DNA from: Gammaproteobacteria bacterium
GTDB taxonomy: Bacteria; Pseudomonadota; Gammaproteobacteria; JACCYU01
NCBI GenBank assembly: GCA_013695765.1
Contig: JACCZW010000103.1
Location: forward strand, 9,781-73,780
Length of the DNA stretch: 64,000 nucleotides
Direction: 5' to 3'
Shown here: positions 1-9,549 of the stretch, one piece after another
Layout: each line of letters opens with the position of its first letter
How positions within the stretch are numbered: the first letter of the stretch is position 1
The notes under the pieces: model-generated
What the model saw: the letters and a program-made list of their open reading frames with translations, nothing else
What the model was told of the DNA's origin: nothing
Database searches by the model: none
Translations under genes and position numbers: made by a program

Positions 1-59
1 CGGCCAGATAAGCGCCATCCTGCCCGGTCACGCCCGTGACCAGTGCGATCTTGCTCATG
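1..59 (-). CDS. gmd: GDP-mannose 4,6-dehydratase, N-terminal fragment (continues past the window edge)
   Basis: Reverse complement of 1-59 reads ATG then MSKIALVTGVTGQDGAYLA, the canonical Gmd N-terminus with the TGxxGxxG Rossmann motif. A GGGAGGGG Shine-Dalgarno lies just upstream at 62-70. Confidence 0.7.
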
Positions 60-151
60 TTCCCCTCCCGTAACAAACCTATTTTTTTATCAGCCACAAG
101 CGCTTAGCTGGCGCCGAAGCTGTCAAATACCGCCTCGCAGCGGCGACGTAA

Positions 152-1396
152 TTAACGACCGCTGGGCGCGTCCGCGATGTCCCTGAGCAGCCGCGCCCAG
201 CGCTCCACGGCCAGTTGTTCGTCGTAAAGCGTGATGAACGCGTGACGCGCACGCTCGCCCATTGCGCGGCAGTTTTCGGTGTTCTCGCTCAAATGTAATA
301 TACGCGACGCGAGTGCATCAGCATCCCCGGGCGCGATGCTATAGCCACAGCGATGTTTGTACAACTCCGCCGCCACGTCGCCTTCGGGATCGCCTAAAAA
401 CAGACTCGGCCGGCCCGCGGCCAGAATGCCGTAGAATTTGCTCGGGAAGATCAATCCCTCCATGTCCGGCCGTAGCGAAATCAAGTGCGCGTCCGGCGCG
501 CTGAGGCTTTGCGCCAGGCGCTCACGGGGCTGGTATGGCTTGAATAAGAAGCTGTCGAGGCCGCGCCTGCGCGCCTCGTGCTCCAGCCACGATCGCTGCG
601 ATCCGTTGCCGATCCACAGAAAAACCACATCGGTCGTTTTGAGCCGCTCCGCAGCGTCGAGCACGATGCCGAAATCGTGTGCGCGTCCCATATTGCCGGA
701 ATATCCGACCACGAATCGCTCGCCAAGCGACCAATCGCGGCGTAGTTCATCTGCCTCGCGCGCGACCGACCGGATGACATTACCAGACTCCCAGTTCGCA
801 ATGGTGCTTATGCGCTTCGGGTCTAGCCCGCGCTCCAGCAAGTGATTGAGCATCCGCCTGCCAAGCACGACGTTCGCACTCGCGCCTTTCAGCGACCAGT
901 CCCGTAACCTGCGCAACAAACGGGCGAAGACACCGTCGATAAGGTGCATGCGCAGCACCTGAGCGATTTCCGGGAATATATCCTGTAACCAGTTCACCAG
1001 CCGCGCGCCGCGCAGACGCACAACGGCGGCCGCCGCCACCGACAGCATAGGCGGGTCCGTCTTGGCGATAACGATATCGCCCCGGCGCGCCAGTCGCCAC
1101 AGCCGCCAGGCGGCGCTCGGATAAAACGTCAGATAATCGAGCACGCGGCCTGGCAACCAGGCGCGCCCGTAGCGGGATGTCCAGACGCGATAAACGCGCA
1201 CCGCACTGATGCGCTCGCGTGCGGGAAGCGCCGCTTCGGGATCGTCGTATCGTAACCGGCTGGTTACCACGTGCACGTCCCATCCCTGCCCGGCCAGCGC
1301 GGTTGCCAGGCTGGTCAACATCTGACTGGTTGCCGAATGATCGGGATAAAAGAATCGATTGACGAAAACGAGCTTGGCGCCCACGGCTATGTTCAT
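152..1396 (-). CDS. Glycosyltransferase family 4 (GT1-fold)
   Basis: The 444 aa ORF carries a GT1-fold motif (EGLIFPSKFYGILAAGRPSLFLGDPEGDVAAE) and conserved G-rich loops. The likely true start is the internal MNIAVGAKLVFVN at 1396. Confidence 0.75.
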   Translation of the reverse strand: MNIAVGAKLVFVNRFFYPDHSATSQMLTSLATALAGQGWDVHVVTSRLRYDDPEAALPARERISAVRVYRVWTSRYGRAWLPGRVLDYLTFYPSAAWRLWRLARRGDIVIAKTDPPMLSVAAAAVVRLRGARLVNWLQDIFPEIAQVLRMHLIDGVFARLLRRLRDWSLKGASANVVLGRRMLNHLLERGLDPKRISTIANWESGNVIRSVAREADELRRDWSLGERFVVGYSGNMGRAHDFGIVLDAAERLKTTDVVFLWIGNGSQRSWLEHEARRRGLDSFLFKPYQPRERLAQSLSAPDAHLISLRPDMEGLIFPSKFYGILAAGRPSLFLGDPEGDVAAELYKHRCGYSIAPGDADALASRILHLSENTENCRAMGERARHAFITLYDEQLAVERWARLLRDIADAPSGR

Positions 1397-1638
1397 GCTC
1401 AAAAATGCTATATAGGTGCGGCCCAAGGTGAGCGCAGCCACCGCGATAGGTGAACGCGGGTAAAGCGTATACACGCCATCACACATCTTCTCCGTTCACG
1501 ATCCCGGTAATCAAACGACACCCATCAGCCCTCACGAACATGCGTCCTTCCTCCCCAATTTATGGAGCATTTGCGATTTCCACCACGCGTGCTAATCTCC
1601 GGCCGTGGATGTTTAACTAACATCCCAATGGCGGCAAC

Positions 1639-2754
1639 ATGAATGTCAGCAAGTCGGCCTCGCTCCGGCGCGCGGAGAAATACATCCAGCAGTTGTGCTG
1701 TCTGGGTCTGGACGGACAAATTCTCATCCCGGCGCTGCTTGAGAAACTGCACGATGTCATTCCCTCCTACGGTAACGCGTTTTTCTGGACCGACGCCAAT
1801 TTCAAATTCCGCAACCTCTACGACGAAAACCCAATATTCCCGCAGGTCGCGTCCGTATACGCGAGTGAGTTTTACAATAATCGCGAACGAGAGATTTTCA
1901 ATACATTCTCAGAGTCCATGCGTTACGACCGTGGCGTGCAGAGCCTGGAGGAAGTGTTAAAGACCGAGAAGAAAGCGTTTTTCAGGCACGATTTTTATCA
2001 TCTGATCTATCGCCCGCTCGGTTATCGACATTTCATTCGCATCGTGCTGCGCGAAAATGAACTGCCGCTCGGCCGCATACTTCTTTATCGCGCGGAAGAC
2101 CGGGATTTCACCGCGCATGAACGTCGTCGGCTTGCCGCTATTGCACCGTTTATTTCCCACGCGCTCTCCCACCCACTGGCCGACAATCAAATCCCGCTGA
2201 CCGACGGCCGGCATGAGGGCCTGATCATTACCAGTCCGCCAGGAAAGATTATGTTTATGTCGCCGCAGGCGCACAAACTACTTATTCTGGCGACACACCT
2301 TGAAATCTCCCCCACGACCTTAAGCGACCGCAAGAACGCAGCCGTTCTTCCGGCGGCCGTGGCGCACCTGGGTCAACGCCTGATCGATATCCACAGGGAC
2401 ACTACCTACCTCGGCCCACCGCCCGTATGGCGTTGCCGCAATGCCTGGGGGCGCTTCGTATTCAAGGCGCACTGGCTCAATAACGTCAATCCCGAGCCTT
2501 CGACAATGATCGGCATAACCGTGCAGCATCAGGAACCATTACCCATGCGGCTGTTGCCGAAGCTGGAGCGACTGTCGCTTTCATACCGGCAAAGCCAGTT
2601 GTGTCTGTTGATGACCAGCGGCCTGTCTTACGCCGCCATCGCCCAGCGACTGAACGTGGGCGAAAGCACGGTGATTTATCACGCCCGCAGTGTCTTCCTG
2701 AAGCTGAATGTGCATAACCGCAACGAATTGGTGAACAAGCTGCTGGAGATGTAG
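1639..2754 (+). CDS. LuxR-family transcriptional regulator with an uncharacterised N-terminal domain
   Basis: The C-terminal 60 aa (LSYRQSQLCLLMTSGLSYAAIAQRLNVGESTVIYHARSVFLKLNV) is a LuxR/GerE helix-turn-helix. The gene is divergent from the glycosyltransferase. Confidence 0.7.
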   Translation: MNVSKSASLRRAEKYIQQLCCLGLDGQILIPALLEKLHDVIPSYGNAFFWTDANFKFRNLYDENPIFPQVASVYASEFYNNREREIFNTFSESMRYDRGVQSLEEVLKTEKKAFFRHDFYHLIYRPLGYRHFIRIVLRENELPLGRILLYRAEDRDFTAHERRRLAAIAPFISHALSHPLADNQIPLTDGRHEGLIITSPPGKIMFMSPQAHKLLILATHLEISPTTLSDRKNAAVLPAAVAHLGQRLIDIHRDTTYLGPPPVWRCRNAWGRFVFKAHWLNNVNPEPSTMIGITVQHQEPLPMRLLPKLERLSLSYRQSQLCLLMTSGLSYAAIAQRLNVGESTVIYHARSVFLKLNVHNRNELVNKLLEM

Positions 2755-2990
2755 CCGCGGCGACCACGAAGAGATTCCTGCGCGATCACGAGCCCGACGA
2801 TACTTGTACTTGTCATGCGCGCAATCGCCGACCCAATGCCTTCACATCATCGACGACGCGCTCCTACGCGCTGGCCGGGCGGCCAGCTTGTTCGGCGCGC
2901 TATAATTAATGCATTGTCCCACCACTGGTTTATGTCCTGGCCATAGCCGCTGCCACTCCCCACCTATTCACGCTCGAAGACTATCGCCGC

Positions 2991-3575
2991 ATGGCGGAAC
3001 TGGGCGTGCTGCGAGGCGAGCATCGTGTCGAACTGGTTGAGGGAGAGATTGTAGAGATGAGTCCGATCGGCAGTAGGCACGCTGCGTGCGTTACCGCGTG
3101 CAACGATGCATTCCATGCGTGCGCCATCAATGCGGTAATCTGGGTTCAGTGTTCAATTGAATTTCCGTCGCATACCCAGCTGCAGCCGGACGTAGCGCTG
3201 CTGAGGCCCCGCGCGGATCGTTACGCAGCCGGGCTACCCCGGCCGGACGACGTGTTACTGGTGGTCGAAGCCGCCGACAGCAGCCTGGTCTACGACCGCG
3301 ACACGAAAGCGCGGCTTTATGCACGGGCGGGCATCGAGGAATACTGGCTGGTCGACCTCACGCGATCGACACTGTGGATGCATCGCCATCCCGCCGGCGA
3401 ACGCTACACCGCGATGACCGCAATGCAATCCGGCGAAACCGCAAGCCGGCGGCGTTCCCTGCGTGCGCAATTCCGGTCGCCGACATGCTGCCGTGACGAA
3501 CTGTATGGCTCGGGATTAGCATTCCTCACGGAGCTTATCCGATTCATTAGCTCAGAGCCTGCCCTGAGATTCTAG
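2991..3575 (+). CDS. Uma2-family (DUF820) endonuclease with an apparent frameshift near 3446
   Basis: The EIVEMSPIGSRHA and EEYWLVD motifs are present. The in-frame sequence upstream of the called Met (LFTLEDYRRMAELGVL) also matches the family, so the real start is earlier. A -1 shift at the CC run 3446-3447 would restore a canonical C-terminus (PAAFPACAIPVADMLP, stop at 3494-3496). Confidence 0.55.
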   Translation: MAELGVLRGEHRVELVEGEIVEMSPIGSRHAACVTACNDAFHACAINAVIWVQCSIEFPSHTQLQPDVALLRPRADRYAAGLPRPDDVLLVVEAADSSLVYDRDTKARLYARAGIEEYWLVDLTRSTLWMHRHPAGERYTAMTAMQSGETASRRRSLRAQFRSPTCCRDELYGSGLAFLTELIRFISSEPALRF

Positions 3576-3645
3576 TCGAAGGGGCAGGCTCACAGTAAAA
3601 AAATGTCATCCCTTCACTTCGTTCAGGGCAGGCTCTGAGTGAAAC
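3553..3645. repeat. REP-like hairpin element (inverted repeat TCAGAGCCTGCCCTGA / TCAGGGCAGGCTCTGA with a GTCATCC..CGTTCAG core)
   Basis: Arms at 3553-3568 and 3622-3637 are perfect reverse complements. The core motif is shared with copies at 6268, 10633, 36238, 45217 and 48113. Confidence 0.6.
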
Positions 3646-3737
3646 GTAGGATCTCGCAGTGAAGCATCTGGTGGTTCCCCGGAAACAGGAGATTCTTCGG
3701 CAGCCCTCCAACTTCAACATTGGCGCCAAACACCCGC

Positions 3738-5681
3738 TTACCGTTTCCCGCTATCGATTTGGTCGCCGTAAATGCCGCGACGCCAGTGCGATTCGATGTA
3801 GCCTGGCAGCGCGCGATCCGAATCGAGGAAATCGCGCCGCAGATTGAAATTCGGATCGGGCTCGGACAGGAAATTCGGCCGCAATACATTGCGACCCTCC
3901 GGCCCATCGATGGTCGTGCTGGCCGCGTACTGCCAGCGCGGTTGACCCACAACATACGCGCCGCCAATCGGCTCCATGCCGACCCGGGGGGTGAGCGGGA
4001 AACTGACCGACAAGCCGCCTGACTGTTGATCATCCTCATCACGCGCATAGAACAGCCCGACGATGACGTCGCCGATGTAGCGACGCAGGATCACGCGGCC
4101 CGCGAGCTGTTCATCGAAGAACCGTCCGGCCGAGAGCGTGACGCTGAGGTCGCGATCCCACCACCAGAAGCGGTACGAACCGATGGCCATGTCACGGTTG
4201 TCGTCAAAATCCTGATTATCGAAGTGCGCGATGTGCGCGTGCAACTGATGCGCGCCCGTCGGCGAGTGCAAGGCGCCTTCGTAATCGAGTACCGTAAAAT
4301 CGGTCTCGCCGAGTTTCTGTATGCCACCGGAGACGCGGCCGACATACGGCGAAAACGGACGATGCGTCCACTGGAGGAAGGCTTCATCCAGACCGCTTTC
4401 CTGCTGCCTGTTTTCGAACGCGCCCCCGTCGTCATAGACATCGGAGCGAAACCCTTCGACCACCCCAGCACCATGCAGGCTCAAACCATGGCCCAGCAAA
4501 ACACTCAAAGTCGATTGCAATGCGACATCGTAGTCGAAGACGCCAAAATCCGTGGCCACCAGCGAATCGATACGGGGTTCGAGCCGCAGTTCGACGCCGA
4601 AGGGCGTACTGCTCTCCTCGGTGAGCCAGTCAACGTCGTCCGCGTCCTGCGCGCCTAGCGCCGAATGCCGCAGACGCAGATCCTCATCCAGCACTGCGGA
4701 CGAGCGCGGGACGCCGTTCTTTTCCTCCAGCAACACCCAGCCGTTGTCGGCGTCCACATCCAGACGCCGCAATACCTGATGAACGACCTGGAAACCATCG
4801 AGCTGGCTATGCCAGAAACGGCGGTTTTCGAACTTGACTACCGTTTGCCCGGCCGCATCCTCGCCGACTCGTACGCGCGATAAACCGGCGTCGGCAAGTC
4901 CATCGGCAATGGCGTCCGCGTTCCGGTCGCGCGTGTCGTTCGCGGCGAGTTCAGGTGCGGATTGCGGTTGTGCGGATTGCGGTTGCGCGTGTGGCCCCCG
5001 CCGCATCTGTCCCGCAGACGCGGTAACTGCCGCAGGCTGCGGAAGCTCAACACGCGGACTGTCGATGACAGGTGCGGGCTTACCCAGAGCGAATCGCAGC
5101 GACAATCCAACGGACACGTCTTCGTCTGCCTCCTCGCTATACAACTTCGTGGCAAGCTCCGCCTCCACGCGGTCAAGCACCTGATACCGCAGCCCAATGC
5201 CCGCGCGCACCGAATCACCGTCGTGATCCACGGCGATCCTGCCCCACTCACCAACATTCAGCGCAACGCCTCCGAACGGGCCGTCAAGGCGATCGGGGCC
5301 CACGCCGTAACCCAGGGTCAGATCAAGCGGGCCGAGTTCGGCCGTACCCACGCCGTAACGTGCTTCAAAATTCTGCGCGTCGCCGGCGAAATCCTGAATG
5401 CCCCCCGCGAGATCGATATGTCTGGTATCTAGAAACCGCCACTTTGCGTTGCCCGACAAATCGTTGCGAATCTGCGCGCCCATCGCGTCTTTCGCCGTAG
5501 CCACGCGCCCGGAGAGCTCCAGACCCGGCAACAGGCTGTACCCCAGGATATAATTTCGCGCGTTGCCGAGTTGGCGGTCCTCAGCCAGAAAATCGTTATT
5601 GCCGTGAATCAATACCTCGTCACTCGGAATCGTGCGTGCATCCGGAATCTCCACCAGCCCGGTCTGACCGGAAAAATTCAA
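3738..5681 (-). CDS. YjbH/GfcD-family outer-membrane polysaccharide-export protein
   Basis: The N-terminal GQTGLVEIPDARTIPSDEVLIHGNND matches the YjbH signature (GGVGLLQTPTAR...). Size (~650-680 aa) and the polysaccharide context also fit. The called start is TTG, and a signal peptide (KRALAATILSTLCLPAFA) is encoded in frame upstream as far as ~5795 without a canonical start codon. Confidence 0.65.
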   Translation of the reverse strand: MNFSGQTGLVEIPDARTIPSDEVLIHGNNDFLAEDRQLGNARNYILGYSLLPGLELSGRVATAKDAMGAQIRNDLSGNAKWRFLDTRHIDLAGGIQDFAGDAQNFEARYGVGTAELGPLDLTLGYGVGPDRLDGPFGGVALNVGEWGRIAVDHDGDSVRAGIGLRYQVLDRVEAELATKLYSEEADEDVSVGLSLRFALGKPAPVIDSPRVELPQPAAVTASAGQMRRGPHAQPQSAQPQSAPELAANDTRDRNADAIADGLADAGLSRVRVGEDAAGQTVVKFENRRFWHSQLDGFQVVHQVLRRLDVDADNGWVLLEEKNGVPRSSAVLDEDLRLRHSALGAQDADDVDWLTEESSTPFGVELRLEPRIDSLVATDFGVFDYDVALQSTLSVLLGHGLSLHGAGVVEGFRSDVYDDGGAFENRQQESGLDEAFLQWTHRPFSPYVGRVSGGIQKLGETDFTVLDYEGALHSPTGAHQLHAHIAHFDNQDFDDNRDMAIGSYRFWWWDRDLSVTLSAGRFFDEQLAGRVILRRYIGDVIVGLFYARDEDDQQSGGLSVSFPLTPRVGMEPIGGAYVVGQPRWQYAASTTIDGPEGRNVLRPNFLSEPDPNFNLRRDFLDSDRALPGYIESHWRRGIYGDQIDSGKR

Positions 5682-6267
5682 CCAGCTATCGCCCGCGAAT
5701 GCCGGGAGGCACAGCGTGGAAAGAATGGTTGCCGCAAGAGCGCGCTTAAGAGATGGAAACGAATGGCGTTGGTTATTATTCGAAAAAGGCCGCGATTATA
5801 ATTGCTTGCACAGCTCAAATATCCCCCAACCGCACGCTTAGCAGCGCGCGGCGCATAAAGAAGCGGCCGAACTCTCTGGCGCGGCCGCCTCGTCAATCTT
5901 TAAGTATTAATTGCAGGCTGAGTGGCACTCCACGATCTCAAAAGCCACTGCCGCCTGCGCTCCCCATTTTTGCCTAACCACCAGTTATCTATGATTGTTC
6001 GCCGCAGCGACAGTGGTTCCTGACGTCGGGGGCATTACACTCGCGCTTTCAGGTCCAGTCAATACACACCCGACGCCACCGCACCAATATTTTTTTAATC
6101 GTCACGCGGCACGCGCGCGATCAGCTCTGCTACGGGCGGTACCCCTCACTTAGGGACACGCGTTAGCGCGGGTATTCCTCCCCAATAATAAGAATTTTTT
6201 ATGCTATTTTCGATAGCTGAAGTGGACCCGGATTCGGACGGTGCCGTAAGGTGCAATCTGTGAGGTT

Positions 6268-6382
6268 GTCATTTCGGAAGGGCCTTGTCATTCCGGGCAG
6301 AAGTCTTGTCATCCCGAGTGGAGCGAGAAATCTTGCTCCCACGCTCTACGATAAGCCTGCATCAAGATCTCTCGCTCCGCTC
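6268..6382. repeat. Tandem and dispersed REP-like repeats (three ~20 bp TTGTCAT[TC]CCG units plus a GGAGCGAGAAATCTTG/CAAGATCTCTCGCTCC hairpin)
   Basis: Read directly from the sequence. Another copy of the core GTCATCCCGAGCGAAG lies at 6528-6552. Confidence 0.55.
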
Positions 6383-6689
6383 AAAATAACAGCTTTTTGA
6401 CTAACGAATCGGCACGATCATGCAAGCGTAGACCGTCAGCAGTCGACAATACGTGAAACCGGGTCAGCCGTACGAGGCGATAAACCATCCCTGCACTGGC
6501 ATATTCCCGCGCGGAAGGACAAAGCACACGTCATCCCGAGCGAAGTCCTGCAAATCCACCGCTCGACGGCAACGTCTTTATCATGCTGCGGACGTTTCCG
6601 CGGAATCCCACCCAGGGAAAACCAGTACGGCCGGATGGCACTTCAATCCCCGGGCGAGAACCTTCGCGCGCTCCACGCCCAAACGAACT

Positions 6690-6839
6690 CTATCGTTCAA
6701 TCGCGGACAGCGTCGCGTGAGGAATCCCCGTCAGCTCCGCAAGCTGGTTCTGGCTTAGTTCCTGAAGCTCGCGGAGTATCCGCACGGATTCACCAACCGA
6801 AACTGTGATTCGATTTCTGGCTGGTTCATACTGACTCAT
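6690..6839 (-). CDS. HTH-XRE family antitoxin (HigA-like), 49 aa
   Basis: The product MSQYEPARNRITVSVGESVRILRELQELSQNQLAELTGIPHATLSAIER is a typical XRE helix-turn-helix. Its ATG immediately follows the stop of the upstream toxin-like ORF (TAGATG). Confidence 0.6.
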   Translation of the reverse strand: MSQYEPARNRITVSVGESVRILRELQELSQNQLAELTGIPHATLSAIER

Positions 6840-7115
6840 CTAAGACCTCCAATAATAGTGGGCATTAATCGATGCGACTTGAAACAGTTGCTCGGCCGGC
6901 GCAACCCGATAGATAATTCGGTACTGTCGGCTCAGACGCGACGACCGGTAACCATTCCACTTACCAGACAGCGCCTCATCATGAAAGCCTTTGATAAGTC
7001 GAAGTCCAGACGGCCCCGATATAGCTGCGACATCTTCCCACTTTCATATCGCTTGAGGATGTCGATCGGGATGGCGGCAACCTGCCTATCAACCCGGCGA
7101 TGCTCCTCAATCCAC
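6840..7115 (-). pseudogene. HigB/RelE-superfamily toxin, apparently frameshifted
   Basis: The C-terminal 62 aa (…LSGKWNGYRSSRLSRQYRIIYRV…INAHYYWRS) matches the HigB killer-protein motif (GxWSxRVxGNWRxxF…DYH). The middle of the protein (GLIGRLPPSRSTSSSDM) is in a second frame. No single ORF spans the gene. Confidence 0.4.
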
Positions 7116-7240
7116 CATCAGCCAGCGCCGTAGGATTAGAAGACAAAATTTCCCCGCAGGCACTGCCCTGGTTGTTTGAGCCGTACAATGGTGATAGGTT
7201 AGCCGTACGGTGATTCGGGGCACGGTTCAGGGTGACACTC

Positions 7241-7477
7241 ATGGAAACTAATAAGCTAACGGTTCGACTGCCTGCAAGTGAGATCCGATTTATAAAGGAT
7301 TTCGCAAAGCGTCACGGTATAACCGTAACAGAAGTTATTCGCCGTTATTTTACGCGACTCCAGGCGCCTCAGCTCAGCGCTATTCATCCTGAGATCGCAA
7401 AGCTCACCGGAAATATTCCGTCCAAGATCGATGCGATAGCCGAACATCAGGGGCACCTCTACGATAAGCATCGATGA
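7241..7477 (+). CDS. Ribbon-helix-helix (CopG/VapB-like) antitoxin
   Basis: KLTVRLPASEIRFIKDFAKRHGITVTEVIRR is an RHH fold. The gene overlaps the downstream PIN gene by 4 bp (ATGA). An alternative start is at 7232. Confidence 0.6.
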   Translation: METNKLTVRLPASEIRFIKDFAKRHGITVTEVIRRYFTRLQAPQLSAIHPEIAKLTGNIPSKIDAIAEHQGHLYDKHR

Positions 7478-7899
7478 AGGTGCTGTTCGATCTCAACGTT
7501 TTCCTGGATGTACTACAGGAACGCCAGCCGCATTACCCATCATCAGCGGCCGCCTTGAGCAGAGCATTGACCGACGATGTCGCCGGCGTATTTCCCGCGC
7601 ATGGCGTTACCACGCTCTATTATCTTGTCGCACGACACGTGAGCAAATCGCGTGCGGATCGTCTGGTGGACTGGTTAATCCGTCGCTTCGATATTGCGCC
7701 CGTAGAGCAGGCGACGCTCGTACGGGCACGAAGCCTTAAGATGAAGGATTTTGAAGATGCGGTGGTAGCCAGCGCCGCGGAACTCACCGCATGCAGCCTG
7801 ATCGTCACGCGCAATATCGCCGACTTTACTTGCTCCTCGGTTAGGGCGCTCTCGCCCGAGGAGTTCCTGGAAAGTTGGTCGGCAAACACGAGTACATAA
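7474..7899 (+). CDS. vapC: PIN-domain toxin VapC
   Basis: The N-terminal MKVLFDLNVFLD carries the PIN first acidic residue; FEDAVVASAA and IVTRNIADF are also typical. Confidence 0.75.
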   Translation: MKVLFDLNVFLDVLQERQPHYPSSAAALSRALTDDVAGVFPAHGVTTLYYLVARHVSKSRADRLVDWLIRRFDIAPVEQATLVRARSLKMKDFEDAVVASAAELTACSLIVTRNIADFTCSSVRALSPEEFLESWSANTST

Positions 7900-7929
7900 G
7901 ATTGCCCTTGCCCAAAGTGGTGCGAGGGC

Positions 7930-8002
7930 ACCCGCTCAGACCGGCAGCCCCTTCTCCCGCCGCTCGATCTCTTTCATTTTGAGCACGATCACGTATTGGT
8001 AG
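7930..8002. repeat. Direct repeat, copy 1 (~75 bp, 88% identical to copy 2 at 8826-8903)
   Basis: CCCGCTCAGACCGGCAGCCCCTTCTCCCGCCGCTCGATCTCTTTCATTTTGAGCACGATCACGTATTGGTAG here versus ...CAGACAGGCAGAGCCCTTTCTCCCGCCGCTCAATCTCTTTCATCTTCAGCACGATCATGTATTGGTAG in copy 2. Confidence 0.7.
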
Positions 8003-8092
8003 TTCGCCACCGGTGGGAATAAGTTATAAGTCGCTTGAGCTGATCGTGGCGCTTGGCCGTTGCTCCCGAAGCCTTCAGCCTACGCGATGATG

Positions 8093-8413
8093 CTATTCGG
8101 AGATCCGATAGAAATTACCAGGTTGGACTTGCGGCAAAATTTGTCGAACTTCGGACATTAACGGTATAAGCACGTCAATGTCGTTGCTCAGCGCGACTAG
8201 TACTATGACCGAGATCGGTAACGCCGATAGGTTTTGTTGATGTTGCAGGTTCTGATCCACCGTCAGGAATACGTCGAAGCAGTCAGCCGCGTGCCGGAGT
8301 AAATCGCCATTCTTGATGCCGCCCCAACCTTGTTCCTCAACGGTGCGTACTTCATGCTCCGGCAACTGCTGACGCAACCGTCGAGGTACGCACTCGTCAA
8401 GCAGCACGCGCAT
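8093..8413 (-). CDS. DUF5615 (PIN-like) protein, the partner of DUF433
   Basis: MRVLLDECVPRRLRQQLPEHEV…FLTVDQNL matches the DUF5615 pattern MRxLxDENxP. Confidence 0.65.
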   Translation of the reverse strand: MRVLLDECVPRRLRQQLPEHEVRTVEEQGWGGIKNGDLLRHAADCFDVFLTVDQNLQHQQNLSALPISVIVLVALSNDIDVLIPLMSEVRQILPQVQPGNFYRISE

Positions 8414-8636
8414 TAGCTATGAGAATGCGCTTCGCCTCTTCCAAAGCGGCAACAGCTTGCTCCCGCTTTACAGTTGGGAAATCATCGAGAAACTCAGCCA
8501 ACGAATGTCCACCTTCGAAGTAATCGATCAACGCGTTCACAGGAACGCGCGTACCCACAAACACAGGCGTACCGCCTAGAATGTCCGGATCGCTGTGAAT
8601 AATGTGGTGCTCACCTGTGGCATTCTCTTGTGACAT
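8397..8636 (-). CDS. DUF433-domain protein (putative antitoxin)
   Basis: The DPDILGGTPVFVGTRVPV signature is present. It overlaps the downstream DUF5615 gene by 17 bp. Confidence 0.65.
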   Translation of the reverse strand: MSQENATGEHHIIHSDPDILGGTPVFVGTRVPVNALIDYFEGGHSLAEFLDDFPTVKREQAVAALEEAKRILIANARAA

Positions 8637-8825
8637 GATAAATCACCTGCTTAGAAACCATCCCAAGAAAACTACACCAGAGACCGCAACAAAGCTAGCG
8701 AGTTGAGCACGGGCAACCGCGCATGGGCTCTTGCGAATCTGGAGGAATCCGCCAGATCGCATGAGCCATCAAGCTACCTTTGGCCCAATCTGGCGCATTT
8801 CAAGCCGTCTAGCGCTTCACCCTTT

Positions 8826-8903
8826 ACCCGCCGCTCAGACAGGCAGAGCCCTTTCTCCCGCCGCTCAATCTCTTTCATCTTCAGCACGATCATGTATTGG
8901 TAG
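8826..8903. repeat. Direct repeat, copy 2
   Basis: See copy 1. The two copies flank the DUF433/DUF5615 pair. Confidence 0.7.
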
Positions 8904-9056
8904 ATTGCCAGCAGGTGACAATTGCTGGCGGATCCGCGGCAACCCGATGACGCAGCAGTCCCTCGGCCATGGGACTACGGCAGATGTTTCCGGTGCAGAC
9001 CATGAGGATGGATTGCACGGGCCTCCAGTGCAGCAACCAATTGGCGAACGCTTATA

Positions 9057-9326
9057 CTACGCGGCCCGAAGTGGGGCTAATTCGCTGTCCTGCATGGGTG
9101 GTAGCCCGAGCTTGACGAGTACGTGATTGAGATCTGCTATGGTTACATTCGCCGGCGCGGTAATCTCTATTCCTATGGGATTTCCCCCTTGGCCAAAATC
9201 GATGACCATCCCGGCTTCGCCTTTTGACGTGCGATAGCTTCTATCACTGGCTTTTCGTGGCAAATACAGGTACGCGGCAAGCGCAGTGCCGCGCCGGAAA
9301 GTAACTTCTAAGTAGGCTTCTTTCAT
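9057..9326 (-). CDS. DUF2283-family protein
   Basis: LEVTFRRGTALAAYLYL…GMVIDFGQGGNPIGIEI matches the DUF2283 pattern YDxEADALYIRL…GIEIL. Confidence 0.6.
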   Translation of the reverse strand: MKEAYLEVTFRRGTALAAYLYLPRKASDRSYRTSKGEAGMVIDFGQGGNPIGIEITAPANVTIADLNHVLVKLGLPPMQDSELAPLRAA

Positions 9327-9327
9327 A

Positions 9328-9549
9328 TTAATTTTCCCAAACCGGGTAGGCGGTTACGACTACAAGCAGGTTACAGGCAACATCCGGTTCTACAACAATC
9401 TCCCAGCCGCGTTTTTTGTGGCGTGTCTCTATCAGCCAGCGGCCCGCGACAATGTCTTGACGATACAAGCTGGCACGCTCCAACATCGCCCTCAAATCTA
9501 TTTCGTTGAATCGACGATCTTCCATACGCTTGAGCAAATGAGGAGTCAA
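9328..9549 (-). CDS. DUF4258-domain protein (putative toxin partner of DUF2283)
   Basis: HLLKRMEDRRFNEIDLRAML…NLLVVVTAYP is present. There is a 1 bp gap to the DUF2283 gene. Confidence 0.6.
   Translation of the reverse strand: MTPHLLKRMEDRRFNEIDLRAMLERASLYRQDIVAGRWLIETRHKKRGWEIVVEPDVACNLLVVVTAYPVWEN

Noticed and set aside
4960-5000. Short tandem DNA repeat TGCGGATTGCGGTTG x2 inside the YjbH gene
   Set aside because: It is in-frame and encodes a low-complexity PQSAQPQSAQP linker. It is neither a CRISPR array nor a regulatory element.
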